Positions 1-8,790 of a stretch of 64,000 bases of DNA are shown in pieces; position 1 is the stretch's first letter; every line of letters begins with the position of its first letter. The position numbers and the translations under genes are program-made. This DNA comes from Microthrixaceae bacterium. GTDB taxonomy: Bacteria; Actinomycetota; Acidimicrobiia; Acidimicrobiales; VFJN01. The notes beneath the pieces are model-generated. The model saw only the letters and a program-made list of their open reading frames with translations, was not told the origin of the DNA and searched no databases. The stretch lies in NCBI GenBank assembly GCA_052390255.1, contig JBQTHC010000039.1, positions 16,084-80,083 of the forward strand, read 5' to 3'.

Positions 1-1
1 C

Positions 2-637
2 GCGCAGCCGACCGCCACGCAGTCCAGCTCAGCAGCGAACGCCGCCGTCGCCCCGTCGCCGCAGCACGAGGCGCAGTTCGTGAGCCGCATCAACAGCCTC
101 CGCGCGTCGAAGGGCCTGCGCCAGCTCCAGGTGTCCGGCGAGCTCACGGGCGTGGCGCGGAACTGGACCGAGCAGATGGTGAGGGACGGCCGCATCTCGC
201 ACAACCCGAACCTGGGGTCGCAGGTGAGCGGGAACTGGACCAAGCTCGGCGAGAACGTCGGCGTCGGCTACGACGTCGACGGCCTCATGCAGGCGTTCAT
301 CAACAGCTCCGCCCACTACAAGAACCTCGTCGACCCGGACTGGAACTGGGTCGGCGTGGGTGTGGTGGTGAGCTCGGACGGCCGCATGTGGACGACCCAC
401 AACTTCATGGCGCGCGGCTCCTCCACCCCACCGCCCCCGCCACCGCCACCCCCACCGCCGCCGCCGCCGACGTCACCTCCCACGACGAAGGCGCCCGGTT
501 CGAGCTCGCCGCCGAAGCCTCCTTCGCCCACCACGACGACCACGACGCCACCAACGCCACCGAAGCCCACGCCGCACCCCACCGCAGCGCGCGTCACCGC
601 GGTGCTCGATCCGCTGCGCTCGCTCGAGCGCGGGTGA
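2..637 (+). CDS. CAP/SCP (PR-1-like) domain secreted protein with Pro/Thr-rich tail; 5' end cut by window edge
   Basis: The frame is open from nt 2 through track ORF 80..637. CAP-type blocks are 'RISHNPN', 'GENVGVGY' and 'SSAHYKNLVDPDWNWVGVGV'. The C-terminus has a 15xPro run followed by P/T/S-rich low complexity. Confidence 0.7.
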   Translation, partial: AQPTATQSSSAANAAVAPSPQHEAQFVSRINSLRASKGLRQLQVSGELTGVARNWTEQMVRDGRISHNPNLGSQVSGNWTKLGENVGVGYDVDGLMQAFINSSAHYKNLVDPDWNWVGVGVVVSSDGRMWTTHNFMARGSSTPPPPPPPPPPPPPPTSPPTTKAPGSSSPPKPPSPTTTTTTPPTPPKPTPHPTAARVTAVLDPLRSLERG

Positions 638-667
638 CATCGCGGCGCTGAACGCCAGACTGGTGCC

Positions 668-1672
668 GTGAACGCCGCCATCGAGACCCACGACCTGACG
701 CGGTCGTTCCCGAGCGGTGTCGCGCTCGACGGCCTGACGCTGTCGGTCCAGCCCGGGGAGGTGCTCGCGCTCCTCGGGCCGAACGGCGCGGGCAAGACCA
801 CCACCGTGCGGCTGCTGAACGGCATCCTCACACCGGACCGCGGGCAGGCGACGGTGCTGGGGCTCGACCCCGCGGTTGATGGCAACGCGGTACGTCAGCG
901 CACCGGGGTGCTCACCGAGCATGCCGGCCTCGACGAGCGGCTGACCGCTCGCGAGAACCTCGAGCTCACGGCGCGCATGCGCGGTCTCGATCGTGCGTGG
1001 GCAGCTCGGCGCACGATGGACCTGCTGGAGCGCTTCGGCATGGCGGATCGCGCGGACGTCACCGTGCAGGGCACCTCCACCGGTCAGCGCAAGCGCCTCG
1101 CACTCGCGCGCGCGCTCCTGCACGACCCTGAGGTGCTGTTCCTCGACGAGCCGACGTCCGGGCTCGACCCCGCCGCGACCCGCGACGTGATCGACCTCAT
1201 CGGCGCGCTCGCGACCGAGCACGGTCGCACGATCGTGCTGTGCACGCACTTCCTCGGTGAAGCGGGCCGCCTCGCGGATCGGATGGCCGTGCTCGACAAA
1301 GGCGTCCTCCATGCGTTCGGTCGACCAGAGGAGATCGCGGCCGAGCTCTGGGACGGTCTCGATGCGGAGATCGACCTCGGCGCTCCGATCGACTCGTCGA
1401 CGCTCGCCGCGCTGGAGCAGCTGCGCTGCGTCGCGCGCGTCGCACCGTTGCCGAGCGGCGCTCTCGTGCGCCTCGAGCAGCGCGACGACGTGCCCGCGGT
1501 GGTGCGCGCGCTCGTGGAGCGGGGCGTGCAGGTCTTCGGCGTGTCAGCGCGACCGCCGTCGCTCGAGGACGTCTACTTCGCGGTGGAGGCGCGCATCGCG
1601 AAGGCGGAGGGCCGCCAGCCCGGACCCTCCACGGCCGCGCTGCTCAGCGGCGCCGTGGGCGGCGGACGATGA
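668..1672 (+). CDS. ABC transporter ATP-binding protein (ABC-2 exporter type)
   Basis: Walker A 'GPNGAGKTT', signature-like 'STGQRKRLALARAL', Walker B 'LFLDEPTSGLD'. GTG start. The stop overlaps the next gene (ATGA). Confidence 0.85.
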   Translation: MNAAIETHDLTRSFPSGVALDGLTLSVQPGEVLALLGPNGAGKTTTVRLLNGILTPDRGQATVLGLDPAVDGNAVRQRTGVLTEHAGLDERLTARENLELTARMRGLDRAWAARRTMDLLERFGMADRADVTVQGTSTGQRKRLALARALLHDPEVLFLDEPTSGLDPAATRDVIDLIGALATEHGRTIVLCTHFLGEAGRLADRMAVLDKGVLHAFGRPEEIAAELWDGLDAEIDLGAPIDSSTLAALEQLRCVARVAPLPSGALVRLEQRDDVPAVVRALVERGVQVFGVSARPPSLEDVYFAVEARIAKAEGRQPGPSTAALLSGAVGGGR

Positions 1673-2511
1673 CCGCGACGTCGACCGCCTCGCCAGTGAT
1701 GAATGCGCGCAGCTGGCCGGTGATCCGCGCCATCATCGCCAAGGACCTGATCGCCGTGCGCCGCTCGAAGGCGGTCGTGATCCCGATGCTCGCCGTTCCC
1801 GCGCTGCTCATGATCGTGCTGCCGCTCGTCGTGGGTCTCGGCGCTCGGGCGGCCGACAACCCCGACGTCGGGCGCATCCTCAGCTCGATGCCCGGTGACC
1901 TCGCGCGGCCGATCCTCGAGCTCCCTGCGCGGGAGCAGCTCATCGTGCTCGTGAACGGCTACCTGCTCGCGCCGTTGTTCCTGATCGTGCCACTGATGGT
2001 GTCGGCAGTCCTCGCGGCCGACGCGTTCGCTGGCGAAAAGGAGCGCAAGACGCTCGAATCGCTGCTGCACCTGCCGATCGCCGAGCGCGACCTCTTCTTC
2101 GCGAAGCTGCTGACCGCGTTCATCCCCGCGATCGCCGTGTCGTGGATCGGCTTCGTCCTCTTCTGCGTGGTGGCCAACGGTGTCGCGTGGCCGATCCTGC
2201 ACCGCGTGTTCGTGCCCACCTCCCTCTGGCTCGTGATGATCCTGTGGGTCGGTCCTGCCGTGGCCACCCTCGGCCTCGCGGTCATGGTGCGCGTGTCCGC
2301 GCGCGCCCGCACGAGCCAGGAGGCGAACCAGCTCGGTGGCGCGGTCATCCTTCCGCTCATCTTCCTGTCGGTCGGACAGTCGAGCGGGTTGCTGCTCGCG
2401 CCACTCCCCGTCGCGATCGCGATCGGCGCGCTGATCTGGGTCGTCGCGCTGTGGCTCGTGCGCGGTGGCGCCAAGCGCTTCACCCGCGACCAGCTCGCCG
2501 CGCGCGTCTGA
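1669..2511 (+). CDS. ABC-2 family transporter permease
   Basis: The 280-aa polytopic hydrophobic protein has a 4-nt overlap with the upstream ATPase gene. Confidence 0.7.
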   Translation: MTATSTASPVMNARSWPVIRAIIAKDLIAVRRSKAVVIPMLAVPALLMIVLPLVVGLGARAADNPDVGRILSSMPGDLARPILELPAREQLIVLVNGYLLAPLFLIVPLMVSAVLAADAFAGEKERKTLESLLHLPIAERDLFFAKLLTAFIPAIAVSWIGFVLFCVVANGVAWPILHRVFVPTSLWLVMILWVGPAVATLGLAVMVRVSARARTSQEANQLGGAVILPLIFLSVGQSSGLLLAPLPVAIAIGALIWVVALWLVRGGAKRFTRDQLAARV

Positions 2512-2570
2512 TCGCCGTCGCGTCGAGTCGGCAGCCACCAAGGTGGGGCCGCGCGCACTTCGGCGTCGCC

Positions 2571-3080
2571 ATGGGTCATCGTTGGGGGGTGCTCCGTCGA
2601 CTGGCCGTCGCCCTCATGCTGCTGATCTACCTCGGTGCGGTCGCCGCCAGCGTGTTCGGTGCGAGGCCCGACGAGCTGCTGGATCAGAGTGCGGCGAAGG
2701 GCCGCCGGATCGAGGCTGTGGCGCGTGGTGTGGCCGACGGCGAGTCGGTCGCGACCGCTCGGTCCTCGCGTTCGGTGCGCGACCTCGTTCCGGGCCTCGA
2801 CGCCGAGGAGGTCGGGAACGTGATCATGTTCGTGCCGTTCGGGTTGCTGTTCCCCGTGGCCATGCCGCGGATGCGTCGCTGGACGGTCCCGCTGGGCGTG
2901 ACCCTCTCGGCCGGCATCGAGCTCACCCAAGGTCTGTTCCTGCCGTGGCGGTCGCCGTCGCTCAACGACGTTCGGTGGAACAGCGCGGGGGCCGTGATCG
3001 GGTTCTCCGCATGGTTCGTCCTTCGGAGCGCCTACCGGTTGCTCGCGGTGCCCTCCCGCAGACCGGTGACGCCGAGATAG
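2571..3080 (+). CDS. VanZ-like family membrane protein
   Basis: Internal ATG at 2571 of track ORF 2142..3080. The motif 'GNVIMFVPFGLLFP...ELTQGLF...RSPSLNDVRWNSAGAVIGF' is typical of VanZ-like proteins. The upstream part of the ORF overlaps the permease. Confidence 0.6.
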   Translation: MGHRWGVLRRLAVALMLLIYLGAVAASVFGARPDELLDQSAAKGRRIEAVARGVADGESVATARSSRSVRDLVPGLDAEEVGNVIMFVPFGLLFPVAMPRMRRWTVPLGVTLSAGIELTQGLFLPWRSPSLNDVRWNSAGAVIGFSAWFVLRSAYRLLAVPSRRPVTPR

Positions 3081-3108
3081 CGCGCGGGTAGGACCGACGA
3101 GCCGAGCG

Positions 3109-3198
3109 CTACCGGGCGATCGCGAAGAGCTGGAGCGCGGCTGCGCCCATGATGAGCGCGAGGAGGATGGCGAGCACGATCGTGGTGCCGGGTCTCAT
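3109..3198 (-). CDS. 29-aa hydrophobic micro-protein (hypothetical)
   Basis: Hand-translated as MRPGTTIVLAILLALIMGAAALQLFAIAR. Its ATG overlaps the TGA of the upstream SAM-hydrolase gene (ATGA). 27 of 29 codons end in G or C. It is too short for the ORF track. Confidence 0.4.
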   Translation of the reverse strand: MRPGTTIVLAILLALIMGAAALQLFAIAR

Positions 3199-4082
3199 GG
3201 GTTGCTCCGGGGGGTGAGGGTCACGGGCTGGGTCGTTGCGGCCGCTGCGCCGCCGTGGTTCGACTCCTCGACGCCGGGTTCGAGAAGCGCCACCTCGGTG
3301 CCCACCCGCATCGCGAGCTCGTCAGCGGCCGAGCGCTTGCCGAGGCACACCGAGAGCATGCCGTAGCTGTCGACGACGAGGCCGACCTGCCCGGGCGCGA
3401 TGCCCTCGTAGGTGGGGGCTCGCTGCGCGGTGCGCACGTCGTCGCCCCAGCGCAGCTGCACGCGGGTGCCGAGCCGTGCGATCTCGTCGGGGTCGACGTT
3501 GAGCTGGCAGTTGCCGAAGCGGTCGACCCAGAGCACCTGAGCGAGCAGCGCGCCGTCGTCATCCTCGCGGGGAAGCGGCATCAGGCCCGGTAGAAGGGAC
3601 ACCGGATCGACCGCGGGTCCGAGCGCGTCGAGCGGCACCCCGTTGCACAGGTGCGCTGCGGCGGGGGCGAACACGTCGCGGCCCGCAAACGTCGGGCCGG
3701 GCGCCGCGAGCTGGTACGCGGCGTTCGCGAGCTCGACGGCGGCCGTGGCGCCGCCGCACATCGCCACCGCTGAGGCGAGCAGTCCGTTGTCGGGTCCGAC
3801 GAGGTAGCTCTCGCCCTTGCCGACCTCTACTGCCACGCCGCGTCGCTGCGTGCCGACGCCCGGGTCGACAACTGCGAGGACCACGCCGGGGCAGAGGTAC
3901 TGGGCGGCGCGACCGAGGGTGAGCGACCCGGCGCGCACGTCGTAGGGCGGGACCTCGTGGGTGAGGTCGACCACGGTGACGTGGGGGGCGATGCTGCGGA
4001 TCACGGAGTGCACGACGCCGACGAACTCGTCGCCGGTGCCGTAGTCGGACAGGAAGGTGATCGTGTCGAAGCGCGGCGCCAT
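3195..4082 (-). CDS. SAM hydrolase / SAM hydroxide adenosyltransferase family protein (DUF62; chlorinase/fluorinase superfamily)
   Basis: N-terminal 'ITFLSDYGTGDEFVGVVHSVI', 'VVDPGVGTQRR', 'LVGPDNGLL' and 'TFAGRDVFAPAAAHL' are hallmark DUF62 blocks. Confidence 0.8.
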   Translation of the reverse strand: MAPRFDTITFLSDYGTGDEFVGVVHSVIRSIAPHVTVVDLTHEVPPYDVRAGSLTLGRAAQYLCPGVVLAVVDPGVGTQRRGVAVEVGKGESYLVGPDNGLLASAVAMCGGATAAVELANAAYQLAAPGPTFAGRDVFAPAAAHLCNGVPLDALGPAVDPVSLLPGLMPLPREDDDGALLAQVLWVDRFGNCQLNVDPDEIARLGTRVQLRWGDDVRTAQRAPTYEGIAPGQVGLVVDSYGMLSVCLGKRSAADELAMRVGTEVALLEPGVEESNHGGAAAATTQPVTLTPRSNP

Positions 4083-4120
4083 GGCCCGCGCGACGCTACC
4101 GGCGCGAGCCGAGTGGCCGC

Positions 4121-4324
4121 CTACCCGACGTCGCTGAAGCGTGCTGCGAGGTATGCGTCGACGTCGTCCTCGCTGATCCGGTACGACTTGCCGATGCGTG
4201 CGGCGCGCAGCTCGCCGGCCTTGATGAGCCGGTACACGGTCATCGACGAGACTCGCAGCTGATCAGCGACCTCGGCCGGGGTGAGGAACCGGGGGCGCGC
4301 AGGGGACGTGGCCATGGAAGGCAC
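4121..4324 (-). CDS. Excisionase-family helix-turn-helix DNA-binding protein (Rv0500A-like partner of proC)
   Basis: The 67-aa protein carries 'FLTPAEVADQLRVSSMTVYRLIKAGELRAARIGKSYRI'. It lies immediately downstream of proC, as in mycobacteria. Confidence 0.8.
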   Translation of the reverse strand: MPSMATSPARPRFLTPAEVADQLRVSSMTVYRLIKAGELRAARIGKSYRISEDDVDAYLAARFSDVG

Positions 4325-4411
4325 CCTTCTCCGCAGGTGGTGGCCGAAGCGTACGCACCTGTGGCTCCTGTGGCTAGTGGGCCATGTGGGCCACCGCCGG
4401 CGTCCGCGGCG

Positions 4412-5200
4412 TCAGGAGCCGAGCTGGCGGGATCGCTCGGTGGCGGCGGCCACAGCCTCGAGGAACGCGGCGCGCACGCCGTGCTGCTCGAGCGTGCGCA
4501 GGCCCGCCGCCGTGGTGCCGCCGGGCGACGTGACCTGCGCGCGCAGCGCCTCCGGGGTGCTGGTGCCCTCGGCCAGCAGCGTGGCCGCGCCCAGCAGCGT
4601 CTGGATCGACAGGCTCGCGCTGACCTCGCGAGGCAGGCCAGCGAGCACGCCGGCTTCGATGAGCGCCTCGGCCACGAGGAACACGTAGGCCGGCCCCGAT
4701 CCCGACAGGCCGGTCACCGCATCGAGCAGCGACTCCTTCACGCGCACCACGGTCCCCACCGCGCCGAGCAGCGACTCGGCCCACGCGAGGTCGTCGTCGG
4801 ACGCGACTGCGCCGGGTGCGATGGCCGCCGCGCCCACGCCGACGAGCGCCGGTGTGTTCGGCATCGCTCGCACCACCGCGGTGCCGGGTGCGAGCGCGGC
4901 CTCGAGAGCAGCGGTGGTGACGCCCGCCGCGATCGACAGCACGCGGCCCGAGCCGGCGGCAGCCGCGGCGCGGCACGCGTTGGCGACGTCGGCGGGCTTG
5001 ACGGCGATCACCGTGCCGGCGGCCGAGCCCGGCTCGCTCGCGATCTCGACGCCGGGCAGGAGGTCCACGAGCTCCTTGCGACGCGCGTCTACCGGCTCCA
5101 CGACTCGCACGTCGGCGGCGACCAACGTGCCGGCCCGCAGCAGTCCACCCACGAGCGCCTCGCCCATGCGCCCACCACCGATCACCTGCAGCGCCGTCAT
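4412..5200 (-). CDS. proC: Pyrroline-5-carboxylate reductase
   Basis: The 262-aa protein has the N-terminal Rossmann motif 'VIGGGRMGEAL' and the C-terminal 'VTSPGGTTAAGL' ProC signature. Confidence 0.9.
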   Translation of the reverse strand: MTALQVIGGGRMGEALVGGLLRAGTLVAADVRVVEPVDARRKELVDLLPGVEIASEPGSAAGTVIAVKPADVANACRAAAAAGSGRVLSIAAGVTTAALEAALAPGTAVVRAMPNTPALVGVGAAAIAPGAVASDDDLAWAESLLGAVGTVVRVKESLLDAVTGLSGSGPAYVFLVAEALIEAGVLAGLPREVSASLSIQTLLGAATLLAEGTSTPEALRAQVTSPGGTTAAGLRTLEQHGVRAAFLEAVAAATERSRQLGS

Positions 5201-5217
5201 GGTCAGACGGTACCCGT

Positions 5218-5271
5218 CCCCGAAATCGTGGGGCGTTTCGTTCTGGTCTTCCGAACGAAGCGACTCAAGAA
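5218..5271 (-). repeat. Long-hairpin intergenic repeat, family 2, copy 1 (sense on minus strand)
   Basis: The minus-strand sequence is TTCTTGAGTCGCTTCGTTCGGAAGACCAGAACGAAACGCCCCACGA. It starts 10 nt after the MFS stop. It is about 80% identical to the copies at 27570 and 43268. Confidence 0.8.
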
Positions 5272-6506
5272 CGCGTGGGGGTCAGGTGGCGGTCGTCGCC
5301 GAACCGGCCGGCAAGCTCTGCGACGACCAGGGTCGACGCGAGCGCGCCGCCGATCACGAACGTCGTCCCCGTGCCGACCGCGCCATAGATGCCTGCGACC
5401 GCGAGCGGTCCGACGGTCTGACCGGCGCGAGCTGCACCCACCCACAGCGCCACCACCGCGCCGCGCTGCGAGGCAGGTGCGGCGCCGGACACGACGTCTT
5501 GCAGGGTTGGGATGAACAGACCCTCGCCCACGCCGTAGAGGAGCGCGCCAGCGAGGAGCACGGGGAGCGTGTGCGACACGCCGATGATGACGAACGCGAC
5601 GGTGAACAGAGATGCCGCACCGACGAGGATCGCCACCGCGCCGAAGCGGGCACGAACGCGCCCGAGCCGCAGCGCCGAGACCGTCGAGGTCAGCGCGGGC
5701 GCGGCGATCACGAGCCCGCGCAAGCCCGCGGTCAGCCCGAACTCGCGCTCGAGGTGGACCGGCAGCGCGGTGAGGAACAGGCCGAAGATCAGCAGGAAGA
5801 TCACGAACCCGATCGAGATCGACCCGACCACGTCACGATGGCGCGCCGCCACGCGCGCGCCGCCGAGCTGCGATCGCAACGTGGCGCTTCCGTCGGGACG
5901 TGCGGGGTCGAGCCGCCGCCAGATCAGGAGCGCCGTGGCGAGACCGATCGCATACGGCAGGAATGACAGGCGCCACCCGCCGATCTCGGTGAGCAGGCCA
6001 CCGATCGGTGGGAACACGGCCAACGACACGGTCAGCACCGCGGCGTTCTGGCCGACGAGACGGGCGCGCTCGATGCCGTCCCAGTGATCACCGATCAGCA
6101 CGACCGCGAGGTTGATCAGTCCGGCGGACCCGATCCCCTGCAGGAGCCGCAGCACGAGCAGCGCCTCGAAGGTGGGCGCGAGCCCCGACAGCAGACCGAA
6201 CACGCCGAACGCGATGAGGCACGGCGTGAGAACCGCACGGCGTCCGTGCCGGTCCGCGAGCACGCCGATCACCGGCGCCATCACGATCCCTGGGAGCGTC
6301 CCCGCCGACACGAACAGCCCGGCGCGCGAGTCGGGCTGGTCGAACGCCGTGAGGATGTCGGGGATCGCCGGGCCGATGAGGGTGTTGGCGAGGATGCCCG
6401 TGACCGTGATCGAGAAGATCAGGGGTAACGGGGGCCGGACGGACCCGAGGACGGCGACCGGTCCGCGAGCCTCGAGCGATGACGGCGGGGGTTGGGGCTC
6501 GCTCAC
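5265..6506 (-). CDS. MFS transporter
   Basis: The 413-aa protein has about 12 hydrophobic segments and the MFS loop motif 'GVLADRHGRR'. GTG start. Confidence 0.8.
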   Translation of the reverse strand: MSEPQPPPSSLEARGPVAVLGSVRPPLPLIFSITVTGILANTLIGPAIPDILTAFDQPDSRAGLFVSAGTLPGIVMAPVIGVLADRHGRRAVLTPCLIAFGVFGLLSGLAPTFEALLVLRLLQGIGSAGLINLAVVLIGDHWDGIERARLVGQNAAVLTVSLAVFPPIGGLLTEIGGWRLSFLPYAIGLATALLIWRRLDPARPDGSATLRSQLGGARVAARHRDVVGSISIGFVIFLLIFGLFLTALPVHLEREFGLTAGLRGLVIAAPALTSTVSALRLGRVRARFGAVAILVGAASLFTVAFVIIGVSHTLPVLLAGALLYGVGEGLFIPTLQDVVSGAAPASQRGAVVALWVGAARAGQTVGPLAVAGIYGAVGTGTTFVIGGALASTLVVAELAGRFGDDRHLTPTRS

Positions 6507-6591
6507 CGCTTCCCCGAGCAGGTGATGTCGATCCTGACCCCGCCGTCGCCGCGCAGGTTAGCGAGAGATGGCATGAAAGACAATGGAAGAC

Positions 6592-7056
6592 TCAGCCCTT
6601 GAACCGGCTGGCGTACCCGATCCGCATCGCGGGCCGGAAGAACTGCTCGACCCAGGCGTAGAGGGAGCCGAGGACACGGTCGAGCTCATCGTCGGTCACC
6701 GCCTCGTTGGCCATCTGTCCCACGAGAAAGATCGCGTTCTCCTCGCCCACGGCGAACGCGGCGCCGTAGAGCTTCCGGTTGCGGCGCAGCAGATGCTCGT
6801 AGAACGCGGCGTGGTTCTCCTCCGGCGCCGGCATGACGTAGGTCTCGTAGTGCAGCGTGCGCTGGTCGAGGTGGAGCCAGATCGTGAACACGTCCTTCTG
6901 CTCGCCACGGACCCGCACGAACCAACGCCGCTCCCCCGACTCCGTGTCGCGCTCGACCGCTGCGACGACCGGGTTCTCCGCGAGCTGCGCCGCGAGCCAG
7001 GAGTCGATTCGCGCCTCGAGTGCCGCGAGCACCTCCGCCGACGGCGGTCGACTCAC
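6592..7056 (-). CDS. YbjN domain-containing protein (Rv0487-like)
   Basis: GTG start at 7056 inside track ORF 6592..7596, 16 nt after the mshA stop. The sequence 'WFVRVRGEQKDVFTIWLHLDQRTLHYETYVMP' is typical of the family. Synteny with mshA matches mycobacteria. Confidence 0.7.
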   Translation of the reverse strand: MSRPPSAEVLAALEARIDSWLAAQLAENPVVAAVERDTESGERRWFVRVRGEQKDVFTIWLHLDQRTLHYETYVMPAPEENHAAFYEHLLRRNRKLYGAAFAVGEENAIFLVGQMANEAVTDDELDRVLGSLYAWVEQFFRPAMRIGYASRFKG

Positions 7057-7072
7057 CGCCCGGGCGCCATGA

Positions 7073-8293
7073 CTAGGAGCAATCGACGAGCGCTCGCGCG
7101 GTGATGTCGCTGTAGATGCGACGCAGCCGTGCTGCGGCAGTCGACCACGTGTAGTCACGTGCACGCTGCGCAGCCCTGGTCGACAGCGCCGCTGCAACGT
7201 TCGGCCCCGTGAGGATGTCGGCCACCCGCGCTGCGAACGCAGCGGGATCGCGGTCCTCCACGAGGAACCCGGTGCGCTCGTGGTCGACGAGGGTGCGCAA
7301 GCCTCCCACCGCTGCCGCGACGACCGGGGTGCCACAGGCCGCCGCCTCGAGCGCGACCAGCCCGAAGGACTCGGAGCGACTCGGAACGAGGCACACGTCG
7401 GCGGCTCGGTAGTACGTGGACAGGAGGTGGTGGGGCACAGGGTCGACGAAGCGGATCTGCTCGGCGAGGCCGAGCTCGGCCACGAGCTTGTCGATGCGCT
7501 CGAGCTCCGCACCGCCGGCGGGCCCGCTGGCCCCGCCGACGACCACGAGCGTGGCGTCGGACCGACCGAGCGCCGCAAGCGCCCGCACCGCCACATCGAG
7601 GCCCTTGAGCGGCTGGATCCGGCCCACGAACAGCAGCACCGGACCCGAGCCCAGGTGCAGGTGCCGCAGCGCTCGGCGCGCGCCGGCGCGGTCGCCGGGC
7701 GAGAAGAACGCGTGGTCGACCCCGGGCGCCACGATCTCGACGCGGGTTGGGTCCGCGCCGTAGAGCCGGACGAGCTGGTCGGCTTCGGCCGCGCTGCTGG
7801 CGAGGATCGCGTCGGAGCACCCGATCACGGCGGCTTCGGCGCGCACGCGCGCGTCGGGCTCCGGGTCGCCCGTCTCGGCCTTGACGCGCGCGAGCGTGTG
7901 GAACGTCGACACGAGCGGGAGATCGAGCTCGTGCTTCAGACGATGGCCGGCCACGCCCGAGAGCCAGTAGTTCGCGTGGAGCGCGTCGACATCACCGACC
8001 GCTTCGAGGTGATGTCGCACACCGTCGGCGAAGTCGTCGACCACGCCAGCGAGCTGCTCCTTGGCCAGGTCGACCGGCCCGGCCTCGACGTGCACGACCC
8101 GGAAGCCGGGCTCGACGTCGACGATCTCAGGGCTGTCGTCGTCCCAGCGCCGCACGAACACGTCGGTCTCGACGCCCGCCTGGGCGAGCGCGGAGACGAG
8201 CTCGCGCACGTACACGTTCATCCCGCCGCTGTCACCCTGACCGGGTTGAGCGAGCGGTGAGGTGTGGAGGGAGAGGACTGCGAGTCGGCGCAT
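7073..8293 (-). CDS. mshA: D-inositol-3-phosphate glycosyltransferase (mycothiol biosynthesis)
   Basis: The N-terminus 'RRLAVLSLHTSPLAQPGQGDSGGMNVYVRELV' is the MshA hallmark. The rest is a GT4 fold with the C-terminal 'PSRSESFGLVALEAAACGTPVVA'. Confidence 0.9.
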   Translation of the reverse strand: MRRLAVLSLHTSPLAQPGQGDSGGMNVYVRELVSALAQAGVETDVFVRRWDDDSPEIVDVEPGFRVVHVEAGPVDLAKEQLAGVVDDFADGVRHHLEAVGDVDALHANYWLSGVAGHRLKHELDLPLVSTFHTLARVKAETGDPEPDARVRAEAAVIGCSDAILASSAAEADQLVRLYGADPTRVEIVAPGVDHAFFSPGDRAGARRALRHLHLGSGPVLLFVGRIQPLKGLDVAVRALAALGRSDATLVVVGGASGPAGGAELERIDKLVAELGLAEQIRFVDPVPHHLLSTYYRAADVCLVPSRSESFGLVALEAAACGTPVVAAAVGGLRTLVDHERTGFLVEDRDPAAFAARVADILTGPNVAAALSTRAAQRARDYTWSTAAARLRRIYSDITARALVDCS

Positions 8294-8329
8294 GGTGAAC
8301 GGAGGGTCGGGCGGTGGGCCCGACGGGCA

Positions 8330-8719
8330 TCAACGCTCGGCGTCGACCAGTTCTTCCCCGGCGGCCGGTTCGGCATCGTTCTCGTGCCGGAACGAGCTGT
8401 AGATCCGGATCAGCGTCTTCTTCTGCTCCTCGGTGAGGCCGGGGTCACGGCGGATCTCGGCCACGAGATCCGCGCCTTCCCGTTCCTCGAGGATCCCGGC
8501 CCGCACGTAGAGCGTCTCCGAGGAGATCTCGAGCGCACGGGCGATCTGCTGGAGGATCTCGGCGGAGGGCTTGCGCAGCCCCCGCTCGATCTGGCTCAGG
8601 TAGGGGTTCGAGATCCCCGCCATCTCTGAAAGCTTGCGCAGCGACAGGTGCCCGACACGGCGCTGGTCGCGGATGAACTCGCCCAGCTCGTGCCAGCGCT
8701 GCTCCAGCTCCTCCTTCAT
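8330..8719 (-). CDS. XRE-family HTH transcriptional regulator
   Basis: HTH block 'LSLRKLSEMAGISNPYLSQIERGLRKPSAEILQQIARAL'. 129 aa. Confidence 0.85.
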   Translation of the reverse strand: MKEELEQRWHELGEFIRDQRRVGHLSLRKLSEMAGISNPYLSQIERGLRKPSAEILQQIARALEISSETLYVRAGILEEREGADLVAEIRRDPGLTEEQKKTLIRIYSSFRHENDAEPAAGEELVDAER

Positions 8720-8740
8720 GGCGCCAGGGTACGCGACAGC

Positions 8741-8763
8741 CGCGAGCGACTGTTAGTCGAGCG
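8741..8763. promoter_or_regulatory. Imperfect palindrome upstream of the XRE regulator gene (candidate operator)
   Basis: GCGAGCGACTGTTAGTCGAGCGC with a perfect core GACT-GTT-AGTC. It lies 22-44 nt upstream of the XRE ATG. Confidence 0.3.
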
Positions 8764-8790
8764 CGAACGAGGAGCCTGCTCCGCAGCCTC

